The position numbers were made by a program, and so were the translations under genes. The notes beneath the pieces are model-generated. The model was not told the DNA's origin. It searched no databases and worked only from the letters and a program-made list of their open reading frames with translations. DNA of 64,000 nucleotides from the human T2T-CHM13v2.0 reference genome, Homo sapiens. The stretch is from assembly GCF_009914755.1 (NCBI RefSeq), contig NC_060930.1, one strand, 5' to 3'. Positions 29,885 through 41,217 of the stretch are shown here, piece after piece. The stretch's first letter is position 1; every line of letters begins with the position of its first letter.

Positions 29885-29945
29885 ATAAATCATTCACCAA
29901 ATCTTTTGACATCACTGTGTCGAAGTTAAAAGCTTAATTTTTAAC
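29885..29945. promoter_or_regulatory. SLC17A1 proximal promoter with two HNF1-like sites
   Basis: CTTAATTTTTAAC (29933-29945, 2 mismatches to GTTAATNATTAAC) and minus-strand GTGAATGATTTAT (29885-29897, 3 mismatches); rodent Npt1 is a known HNF1alpha target. Confidence 0.55.
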
Positions 29946-30179
29946 TTTACTGTTACCTTTTCCTTAAAGCTTCAGGGAAGGTGTGTGGGTCAAAATCATC
30001 CAGTGGACCAGAAACTGGGAATCTGCCAGTAATTTCATGGCATAATAAGCAGACACCCTTAGTCTCTCTCCCTGCCCAGGAGGTAGAGCTTGCCTGCCAT
30101 AAGTGCTCTCAAGATTTCTCTATTAAGGATGGCTCTGAGTATACAATGCTGTTCTCACAGGAATGTTGTGGCTTTCTAA

Positions 30180-30345
30180 ATGCCCCATAAATGCCATATT
30201 AAATTTTTACTCTTAATTCCCTTCCTTCCTTTCTTCCTCCTTTTCTTCCTTTTTTTTTTCTTTCTTCCTTCTCTTTCCCTTCTTCCTTCTCCCTCCTTCC
30301 TTGCTTTCCCTCCTTCCCTCACCCTGTCTCCTCCACACTCCTCTC
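30180..30345 (+). repeat. CT-rich polypyrimidine tract upstream of the SLC17A1 promoter
   Basis: TTCC/CTT repeats. Confidence 0.8.
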
Positions 30346-30511
30346 TAAACAGTACATCTGTTTGACATTCAGCATACTCAGAAAGAGGTACATTTTATTG
30401 AGGCATGTCCTCTGGAAGGTGTGGCTTCTCTCATGGCTCTTCCTGCAATTACTGTAGGTTCTGGTTCATCCACTTGGTTATAGCAATATCCAGAAACATT
30501 AAAAAAAAAAC

Positions 30512-30785
30512 ATAGAGAGACAGGATCTCACACTGTCACCCAGGCTGGAGTGCTATGGTGCAATTATAGCTCAGTGCAGACTTGAACTCCTGAGCTCAAG
30601 GGATCCTTCCACTTCAGCCCCAAGTAGCTGGGATTACAGGTATGCAACACTGTACCCAGCTAATTGGTAGAGACAGGGTCTTGCTGTGTTGCCCAGGTTG
30701 ATATCAAACTTCCTGCCACAAGCAATCCTTGTGCCTTGGCCTCCCAAGTGTTGGAATGACAGGCGTGAGCCGTCGTGCCTGGCCC
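30512..30785 (-). mobile_element. AluJ-like, linker deleted
   Basis: Diverged Alu arms. Confidence 0.85.
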
Positions 30786-32253
30786 CTAATACTTTTAACT
30801 TAGAACTCTTTGAAGGTAATCTACTAATTACTTAAAAATATCCAAGCACTAAAATCAGTGATTTTGCATTATAGGTAATTTATTTCATGCTTAACAAGTT
30901 TTTTTTTAATTTTTATCATGCTTTTAAAGTGCTCATTAAATGTTTGGCACATAGCAGATGCTCTGTAAATTCAACCAGTTATTTTTTTCCTCTAAAGAAA
31001 TGTTGTAAATCTTTAACCCCTTTGCCCAGGAGACTTTGATGTTGTTATTCAGTTAGATTTTTTCTTTTTCAAAAGTCCAGATTCTGCTGGTCCTCTTCTG
31101 TGTGTTGCAGAATGTTTGTACTGTCTGTTCTGTTTCATGCTGGGCAATTTCTGGCATTTTCTGAAAGAGGAGCCCTTTTAGTGATTGAAACCCCTAGGTC
31201 AGCAGTTGTTCAAAGTCCATGTGTTAAATAATAACACTCCCATCTGCCATCAGTATCCCAGTTCTGGATACTGATTACCTGAAGGAGAACTATCTTTCTG
31301 TTTGCTGGCCCCAAAGCTTTCTGCTGCTCTGTGAGATTCTTTGAAATTGTTTCTTTTGGATTCTGTGTTTTATGTATTAAATTTTTAAATTTATCATTTT
31401 ATTATGGAAATGTTTAAGCATACAAAAAAGTAGATCAGTTTAAGATAACTGTGTACATATTCACCCACTTCAATAATTATCAATATTTGGCCATTTGAGT
31501 TTTCATTTGGCCTTTTGAATGTTATCAACAACATTCAATGGTTGTTTTTTGTAGCATTTTAAAGCAGATCTCAGACATTATGTCATTTCTTCTATAAAAC
31601 ATTCAGCATGGCTATCTAATTCATTAGGACCTTAAAAGATATAACTAACATGGTATCAGCACATCTAGTAAATAAACAATAATCCCTTAACATCACCTAA
31701 TATCCAACCTTTATGACAATTTTCCCAATTGCTTCAAAATTGTGTCCTTTATATTTGCTTGATTTAAGTGAGGATTTGAATAGGATCCACATAATGGCGC
31801 TTAATTGTTACGGCTGTCATGTCTCTTATTTTATAATAATCCCCTCTCCCAGTTTACATTTGCCATTACTTAAAAACAACAACAATAAAACAGGATCCCT
31901 TGCAGAGTGTCTCTCCTAATTGGTTTGGCTAATAGCTCGCTTTTAGGATTATTTGATATATTTTTGTATTTCCTTACATCCTGCAAACCGTGAGGTATAT
32001 ATAGAGGCTTGGTTAGATTCAGCACAAAAACAATTCACAGGGATATGGGATGATACAGGGTACTATCGCTCCGTGTTGGGAGGCACATAATAGCAGGTTG
32101 TCTCACTTTTAGTGGTGGTAAGATTAATCAGTAGTTTCAGATATTCTTAGCCTGACTTATTAATAAAGTTTTCACCAACATTTCACCTATGGCTTTTAGC
32201 TACAGTTAGTAAATGTTGCCTAGATCCATCATTTGATTAGAAGTTATAAAATG

Positions 32254-32593
<340 letters not shown>

Positions 32594-33319
32594 TCATTTA
32601 TGAGCTAGAATTTTTTTATAAAAAAGGAAATTTACTTTATCAAACATTTGGTAAGCTGGAAATACAGATTTAATAGGAAAGTTACCATAGTTACTTGATA
32701 AAGTTCTAAAATAAGTTAGTGTCTTAGCAAAAATGACCAAGTACTATTATGACCTCATGGATTTTATTTGATGTTTTACAGTCTATTGCAGTTCTTATTC
32801 CTTTTCGATGCTCCAATTGTTCCTTCTTTGGTCAGTGGGAGTCCCTTCAAGCTGATTTCCATGTCATTATGATATGACTCTTGTGGTCTTGAATAGCTTT
32901 CTTGTCTTCCAACACACAAAAAACTTTCCAGCTTCCTCTTATATATTTTCTTTTTTTTCTTTTCTATTATCAGATCTGGGCTTTCTTAGGAAGTGCTGGC
33001 TCCTTTCACAGGAAATAATGTTTAGAGACCACACTCTGAACACTAAGTGCTCATTGTTCCTGGCTCTCACTGCTTTTAGATGTTTTCAGTGGAAGAACTT
33101 GAAAAGGGTATTTTTTTGAAAAGAAATTATAATTTTTTCCTTGTATTTCTAATTCAAATTTAGGATTAGGGCTATTCTCAAAATTCCTTTGATTTTATAG
33201 TCTTACATATTTCTCTTTTGTTGAATATCTTTGTTCCCAATGAATATACTTTTTTGCTTTATTATAGCATGCCTGTATTAACATGAAAATAATACTAATA
33301 GGATTGCCAAAATCAACTG

Positions 33320-33614
33320 CTGCCTTCCCCAGAAACAGATCCTGAGATGAAGATTAATGTTAAAGTGATGTAATGGTATTTTCGGGAAAACAAACCAACA
33401 ACAAAAATAGTAAGGAGGTTGGGAAGTGGGCAGGGAAAGAAAGGAGACCAAACAAGGGTACGAAAACAAGCCAAGTCTGGAGGAAGGTAATTTTGGACTA
33501 ATGCTACAAGAGAGCAGTGGGAACAGTGTAGTCTGCACCTCAGATTCATCCTAACCAAAGGTACAGAAGTTAGAGTATTTATATGCCAGTATCCATCAGT
33601 GGTTGGCTACAGGG
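33320..33614 (-). mobile_element. ERVL-class LTR fragment
   Basis: CCCCAGAAACAGATCCTGAGATG terminus, similar to 37935-38370. Confidence 0.55.
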
Positions 33615-33651
33615 TATCAGGTTTTGAAGGGAAGGCATGGGTTAAAGAAAG

Positions 33652-33737
<86 letters not shown>

Positions 33738-34103
33738 GCTTAACAGCAAATGCTGGCTTTATGTCCAGCATTAGACCTACAGATGTGGGAGACCAGCTTA
33801 ATGTCAGGGCCCACCGCTGCTTAAAGACTGGGGCAATTTATAGCTCTGGGCAGGAGGGATCTGGCAGGGGCGCGGCCTAATGCCTGGGAAAATGTTGATT
33901 ACGTGTTCCCAGGATGAGGCCGTTCTAGCCCTTTTTCCGGCTGAATGTGGTGTTCTTTGCACTTTCGCACTTTCTCCCAGCAGAATATGATAAGAGGCAG
34001 GCTGTTTCTTATGGCCCAAACCCCCATGGAATGTTTCACTTTGACCAAGGTCTGAGAAATGGCGGTGGGGGAGGCTTACAAAGTGGTGTAGTTTGGACTA
34101 ACA
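33615..34103 (-). mobile_element. 3' LTR of an ERV1 provirus (LTR21/HERV-FH21-like; family from memory)
   Basis: Purine-rich tract AAAGTAGAAGGCAAGAA then TGTTAGTCCAAACT; ends CCCTTCAAAACCTGATA; directly downstream of env. Confidence 0.75.
33654..33733 (+). repeat. Compound (CA)n(GA)n microsatellite
   Basis: About 22 CA units followed by about 17 GA units. Confidence 0.95.
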
Positions 34104-34139
34104 TTCTTGCCTTCTACTTTAATATAAAAGGGAAAGGGG

Positions 34140-35780
34140 TGTTGTTGACTATCTGGTTGCTTCCTGCTGAACAGGGGCTCTGTTATCAGGGTTGGGGTTT
34201 TGAAGTAGTGGGTGTCCAACTTCAGAGTTGTTTTCCTGGAGCTGCTGATACCAAACTTGGCAGAGGAGAAGGATGGCATCAATGGGTTTCTGGGTGGTTG
34301 CCTGGACAAGGGAGTTCAGCCTTCGGGAGATAAAGCAGGATATGCAGGTGAGTACACATGGGCCAATTGTTAGTATTTGGAGGAGGAAGGTTAGGGGTCC
34401 TAAGAAAGCGGTTACCCAAGGCGTATACTTTAGGAGGGATGACCCGTGCTACCAAGAGTTAGTGACTTGATGTTGGATTTCTGCATCCCTGTTACGGAGC
34501 CCATGGGCTTCTTCGCGAACAATACCAGATTCATAAACATTAAAAAGCATTCTTCTTGGAGATATACACATGTGCCCCCATTTTCAGTGATTAGCAGGTC
34601 TAGGACCCTTTGGTTTTGGAGAATGACTCCCACAAGAGAGTTTATCTGCCTTGGGAGGCTTGCAATGGAAGTATGCATGTCCTCTAAGGTATTATAGAGG
34701 ACTGTAGAGATTTTTTCAATATAGGGAAGTTGAGGTTGATATACTTGCTATTCCAGTGCCAAGTGCATCTGAGATGCTTAATCCTGTTACCAGAGGAATA
34801 AGATGTAGAGCCCGCTTAGTGCGTGTGGAGGAAGATGAAACAGAAGCTACCAAAGGAACCTGGATGGTCTGGTTGTTTAGCAAAATGCTAATGTTTGAAG
34901 ATTGAAACCAGGGTGTACGTTCTTGACCAAATTGCCGGCAAGCAAAGATAAGAGTTTGTGCCATACAGAAAGAAAAGACCGGGGATTGAGAGGCAAAAGT
35001 TGTAAGTGAATGTAGCGAGCTATGAGAAGATAGATAGGGGTTGAATCCCGGACAAACTTTTTGTTCCGACATTTTGTTTCTCCAGGTTGAATAGCTATTA
35101 GCAAGGGAAGCCCCTGTGAGGGTCTGATAGGGAATGTTGGTGTGGGAGGATGTGAAGGCTGTTTGGTTTTGGAGAGAGAGAGAGAAATGGGTTTTTGTTA
35201 ACTAACAGCCATTGTGGCCCTGATGGGGCAGAAGGATATAGATTGCAGTTGAGGGAATTGTGTGTGCATTTTTTTTTACCAGGGGGTAACCTTGGGTTGG
35301 ATACATGAAAAGCTGGGCCAGCACAGAGGGGAGGGATTGATAAGAGGTGTTTTATGGAATCGGGCTTGTAACATGTTTAGTTTAGAGGTTATGAGGTGAA
35401 GGATGGTGACGACCCTGTGTGTGATGATGTGAGTGGATTTGACAGATTGGAGGGAAAGGTGTTTAGCTGAGAAAGATTATAAACAGATTTCAGGAGTGGA
35501 TTGGCTGAGTAGGTAAGATGCAGGTTTATTCTGGACCAGGGTTATGTAGTTAGGTTAACAGAAAGGGCAGTGAACTTCTGGATTTGTGTGGACTAACAAA
35601 TTTAACAGTTGGAAGAAAGACGGGTGTGTGACTGATTTAAGAGGCAATGTGTGAGGTTGACGACGGGGGCCTGACTGCCAGAGGTTGGGTGGGGTGGGGG
35701 GAACTTAGAGTACCCCACAGACAAAGAAGACAAAAGGAGAAAAAGGAGATTTGAGAAGGAGTGAATATGTGGAAGGCCCT
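34140..35780 (-). pseudogene. Degraded gammaretroviral env (HERV-H/F-like)
   Basis: SU motif LNQS...NC*IC (35596-35607); furin site RTKR followed by fusion peptide ALHLIPLVTGL; ISD LQNQRVLDLL..NGGTC; stops and frameshifts. Confidence 0.88.
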
Positions 35781-35906
35781 GCAGCCATAGCTCCTGGATT
35801 AATGTGAGAAATTGGAGTTGACTATTCAGGGATCTGGGTAGGGAATACCAGGAAATATCTGAAACAAGATATGAGATAAAAGATTTACAACTGGAGTTGG
35901 AGAGTG

Positions 35907-36255
35907 TTATGGACTAGGGCCTTCTGGATTGGCAACTTCAGGAATTTTTAAGTGCAGTGAGGTTGGTCCTGTGAGGGAGGAAGAATATTTTGGGGGTGAG
36001 GAAATTGCTGAATGTGGATCTGGTGCTCTTTTTAGTTTGGAATGGTGTGTCCAGTGTGGAAAAGATGTTAGCTTTGCCTCTGTGGGAGTAGCTAGGATAA
36101 CCTGGTGAGGGCCCAACCACTTAGGTTGGAGAGGGGCAGAGGAGTCTGCGATACAAACCCAGTCCCCTGGTTGTAAGGACAGGGAAGAGTGTTTTGAGGA
36201 TGGACTTTCAGGCTGGGGCAAGTAAGTGTTAGCGTACTGTCTTATTAGATGTGTG
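35907..36255 (-). pseudogene. Retroviral pol integrase C-terminal remnant
   Basis: LQPGDWV...LQPKWLGPHQVILATPT...HWTHHSKLKRA matches the gammaretroviral integrase GPY/F module. Confidence 0.88.
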
Positions 36256-36259
36256 ATAT

Positions 36260-38370
36260 ATATTCCCTCTAAAACTTGATGAGGTTTATACCTTTTTTTT
36301 TTTTTGCCAAGTTTTGTGATTCTTTCTTAGTGGTAGGAGTTTCAAGATATAACTTGTTCTTTACCTTGGAGATGATATTCTGGCATATTTGAGACCACTG
36401 GATCCCTGAAAACTTCACTTATGTGGCTAGTCCCTGACACTTTGTAGGCTTTCTCTCCCCTCCCTTGGGAGTGTATATATTTTTACATGGCATCCAGAGT
36501 CCTTGTTCCTTCTTGCTATTCAGCTCTAGTTAACATAACTGCATGCTTATAGTGAAACAATGTGATGTTGCAGATAATCAAGATCCTTTCAGATTGTGTT
36601 GTGAAAGAGGCTGGCAAGTTAACACATTCCTTGACAAAACTGTGAAAGAAGTACTGTTGTCTATCCCAAGTCAATGCAAACTACTTATAATCCTCCTTTC
36701 CCATGGCTCTTCCAAAGAACACACTCGCCATACTAATACCTGTATAGGAAGTGACAAAGCCTCTGTTGATGTGTTCCATCTGGCACACCATATGCAATTA
36801 AGGCTACCACTGGATCCCATCTGTGGTGGTCCTCTACCATCTGCCACAGTCTATTTATTCTGGGGCCACATTGGTGAGTTGAATGGGAATACAATAGAGA
36901 TCATTACTCTAGCATCTTCTACATCTTTACAAATGGCATTACTGTCTGCTATTCCACCTGGGCTGTGGTATTGCATCTGAATTACTAATTCAGCAAGAGT
37001 GAACTGTTTTTGAGCATTTTCATGTAAGCTTCAATGATATTAAATCCTGAGTCACAGCAATGTGCCCTCATATTAACAAGATCTCCCTTATCTGGACTTA
37101 CCTTCTGCCCCCAACACTCTGGTCCCATATTCTAGGCATGCTCTCCTTGTCCCTTCCACTTTAGCAGGGCCAGCACTACACTATTTGGACCATCCTAAGC
37201 CCTGACCTAGCTATTTGTCAAGTATTCAGGTTTACTATTTGTTAAGGTAATAGAGAACATGAGGATAGAATTTGAATAAGCAAGTATTGTCTTGCAAGGC
37301 ATCTGTATCAGCTGTGTTTTCTGCATGGGAATCTTCAGGAAACGGGATGCTGCCATCCCGCAGCATGGGGTACTGGGATAAGGATACCAATAAGTTTGAG
37401 GGTAAATTTCAGGCCTTGACTTTAGCATGAGACTTCCCAGGACTTGACTTTAGCGTAAAGTCGAGTGTTTGTCTTTGTGTTTTCTGCTACTCTGACAATC
37501 AAATCCTGAGTCTGATCTTCAGAACATGTCTGCCCTCTGCTATTGGAGATCAGGATATCTTTAAATGCTGCCAGGGAAATTTTCTGACTTTCACACCATT
37601 CTCTGATGTAATTGGCCATCTTGAGTACATCGGTGATCATGACCACCATCAAACAGCCAACTTCAAAGTTGTTCTAATTGCCATTTCCACACATTTCTCA
37701 AATGCTAGAGTTATTGACCAAGCCAGTGCCTTCCCTTACACCTGTATCCCATCTTTCATTCCAATGCACAACAGGACAGAGTCAGCAGTTGTAACGCTAC
37801 AGCAGGCCCGGGTTATCACCAATGCTTTTACAAACATCAAGGGGGGGGTCCCTGGGCCGCCTGGCTTGTCAGTGATATAACTCTGGAAGTTATTATAAGA
37901 ATCTGCATCCTAGGTCTTCTTGTGGAAACAACTGGCTTAGGTCACATTCTTTAGAAGCAGACCCTGAGATGAGGATTCCTGTCAAATGATTCATTAGGAT
38001 GTATTTCCAGGGAAACCTGACTGAGGAGAGCATAAGTAGATCTGGAAAGGATATAAAGTAAGGTCCAGTTCAATTCTTAGGGGATTTGGGAGATCGTGTG
38101 GACCTCGCTTGCCAAACAGAAGCAAAGGGAGATGGAGCATTTATATCTGTATAGTGATGCTTTGAGTAAGAGCTGTTCCCGGGCAGACACAAATTCCCAG
38201 GCACATCCAGGTTGGCAGGCAAAACTGGCTCCTGCAGCCTGAGGGAGCCCTCTAACAGAAAAAACAGGTTCCAGGTGTTGGGAATGAAAACTCATCAGGA
38301 GCTGGTATGCAGCAAAATGGTAAAGGGAACTGAGGGGATATTGGTGGAGTATTGAGTGTGTGCTATAATG
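36260..38370 (-). mobile_element. Ancient ERVL-class internal fragment with LTR (about 37935-38370)
   Basis: LTR terminus TTAGAAGCAGACCCTGAGATG; degenerate internal sequence; recognised by eye only. Confidence 0.55.
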
Positions 38371-40780
38371 ACTGAATGCAACTATTTTTAAATTTTGATG
38401 GGAAAGAGCCTCTAGATTGATTTATTTCTGCACTTCTGCGCATATACTCAACATGTAGTTAATGTGGGCATTGTCTCAGACTGAATCTAAACTGTTTTCA
38501 TTGCTAATATTCAATAACATCGATACATGCCCGGTGTATGGAGAAGTCTAGTAGAGTTGGAGTCACTAGGAACTTCTTCATTAGTGACTAGAGAGTCCCT
38601 GGGAATGAGAAAAATCCCTAAGAAACTTACCCAAAGGAATAATGGAGGCAGGCACACGATGTCAGTATTAGCGATCTGGTAACAATGGTTAGGTAAATAG
38701 AAAAGAGACGCAATTAATGGAAGAGTAAAAGTGAGTGTAGGTTCAGACTCTAGAATCTCATGGAAGAGAGTGGCTGGTGGGTCAGAACTAAAGGATTGGC
38801 TTTACCAAAAACCTCTCCAAGACGTTGCAGACAAAGCAGTTCTGCTTGGAAACTCAGGCAGTGAATTGGAGTGAGATATTTGGAAGATGCCAATGTTTCA
38901 ATTTCGTTCACCAGATATTCATTAAGTACTGACACTGAGGGCTCAAAGAAGCATGGCTCAGCCTTGGAACATCACAAGTTTCAGCTCATTGACAAGGTTA
39001 AAGATCTTTCATTTGCATGGACCATTTCCAAAGTCCTGGTGGGGAAGAGGGCACTAGTGACATGTTCATATAGTCCCATATTTTTGAAAATTTCTAGAAG
39101 TAAGCCATTTTAACCACAATTGTTTAAAGTTACTATCTCCATCCTATTGGGTACCATAGTACTATGGAGTTGCTCTTGGCATTTTTTGATATGGTGAAGG
39201 GAAGGCTGCAGTGGGAATGCATTTCATTGGACCAAAATTTGGGATACATTTATGTGGTTTGGGTTGATAAGGGGAATTGTTACATTATTGCTAGGTACTT
39301 TGGTATAGAAACAGCTTCCTGGAATACTTAAATCATCCACTGTGCCTGTGTAATGGGATATCCAAATAATGGAAAAGAGTAAATCAAGTGAACATATTGG
39401 AAATGGTTTTAAACTTCATATTGACTTGACACACAATCTTGACATTACAATGATAACACAAAACTCATAAAAACAGTCCTTCATTAGGATTCCCAGGAAT
39501 ATTTAAACTTCATTGGAGACTGAAGATTTGATAGAAGCAAACTGTGACTGGAGTCACACAAAGATAATTTTTCCCCCCATAAATGTGAATCATTACCCCA
39601 TCCCTGTCCAAGGTTGGTATTGCCTGGGGAAACAAAGGTTTCACAATGCATGTCATTGTCTTTGAATATCACCTAAAAATTTCCTGTCTTAATAAAATAG
39701 CTCACTAATTTTACCTTTAAACAGTTCACTCTCAGTATCATGTGATTATACCTATTTAAAAATTCACACTAAAAATGACTAGATGAAAGACGTGGTACTA
39801 GAGGCTTTGTATATGCCTAGAAATGAATTTCTGAACATGAGATCATGGGAAGGGAGATTGGAGTATATGGATAAAAGCAAGAGTACAGAAAAGAATACCA
39901 AGCAGAAATCCATCCTAAGTTGGTGCATCTCCGGTCATATGTGTGCTCAAGCAGGGAGGCCAGGTAACTGGATCTTTAATAGAAGAAACTGGTCACTTCT
40001 GGACAAACAACCCAAAATGCAGAATTTGAAATGTGATGAAGGTGAGCACATATGAAGAGCAGAAGGGGAAGTGTCCCTTGCCCTTTGTTAGAACAACAAG
40101 GAGGTGAGACCCACACTTCGAGAGGAGAACTTTCTCACGATGTTGAGTCAGACCTTGATGGCTGACCCTCAAGTGCCCTCCTTCCTTCAGGAGTCTACAC
40201 TCTGATGGTGAAATACCAACTAATGAAATATCCCTCTCTGCTATATGCCCATCTCCCTTTATCAAATTTTGTGAAAAGATTTCTCTTACTTTCTCTACCC
40301 TCTCATTCCCTTTCACTTACCGACAAACTGCGAACTGACCTGTACACTCATCTCTCTGCTAAATGTACCCTGAAAAAGCTACCAAGAATTCCTCATCACA
40401 AGGAGGCTAAGTTCCTTTTCTGACCTCATCTACTTGAACTTCTTCACTACACTTGTTATTGCTCATCAGCAGTCTTTCTTAAAAGGCCATGCCCATGAGT
40501 CTTCAATGAGAGTTGTACTCTCCTGTTATTTCTCACACTTACACACCTGACTCTTTCATCTCTGTTATGTGTGGGCATTTCTTTTTTTGGCCCTTCTTAG
40601 ATGTTGGCATTCTGTCTTGGCTTGTGGTTTTCCATCCACAGGCTCTTACTGAGGCATTTGGTCTAAACTCAGGTCTGCGGTACTGAACATTTGCATTTTT
40701 CTCCTTTATCTTTTTCTCCATTTCACTCTTATAGTTTCTATAAGTTTCAGATTAGTGATCTGGCCCCTTATTGAGCTTGC

Positions 40781-41217
40781 TGCTATGGCTTGAATTATGT
40801 TCCCCCAAAGGATGTTGAAGTCCTAATACTCAGTATCTGTGAATGTGATTGTATTTGAAAATAGGGTCTTTGCAGATGATCAAGTTAAGATGATGTCATT
40901 AGAGTAGACCCTGATGTGATATGACTGATGTCCTTATAAAAACAGAACATTTGGACACAGAGACAGATGTGTACAGAGAAGAGATGATGTGAGGACTCAG
41001 GGAGAAGGCCATCTACAAGCCAAAAATTGTCTGAGACTACTAGAAGCTAAAAGAATAAAAAAGGCATAGAACAGATTCTTCCTTATAGCCTTTAAAAGGA
41101 ACCAACCCTGCCAACACCTCGATTTTGGACTTCTAGAGCTGTAAGACAATAAATTACTTTGTTTGAGCAACTTAGTTGGTGGCACTTTGTTAGAGCAGCC
41201 CCAGGAAGCTAATACAC
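40781..41217 (+). mobile_element. MaLR MLT1 (B/C-like) solo LTR inside an L2 (about 40300-42060)
   Basis: TGCTATGG...GAAGCTAATACA termini, GGGTCTTTGCAGATG and AATAAA motifs. Confidence 0.85.

Noticed and set aside
34430-35072. Domesticated env (syncytin/suppressyn-like)
   Set aside because: Motifs are split across frames, with stops in the SU CXXC region and a broken CX6CC
35686-35701. G-rich run GGGTGGGGTGGGGGG as a functional G-quadruplex
   Set aside because: Only three separate G runs; it is the complement of proline-rich env sequence
36543-36980. Longest ORF in the window (145 aa, plus strand)
   Set aside because: No recognisable domain; lies antisense within decayed ERVL-like sequence
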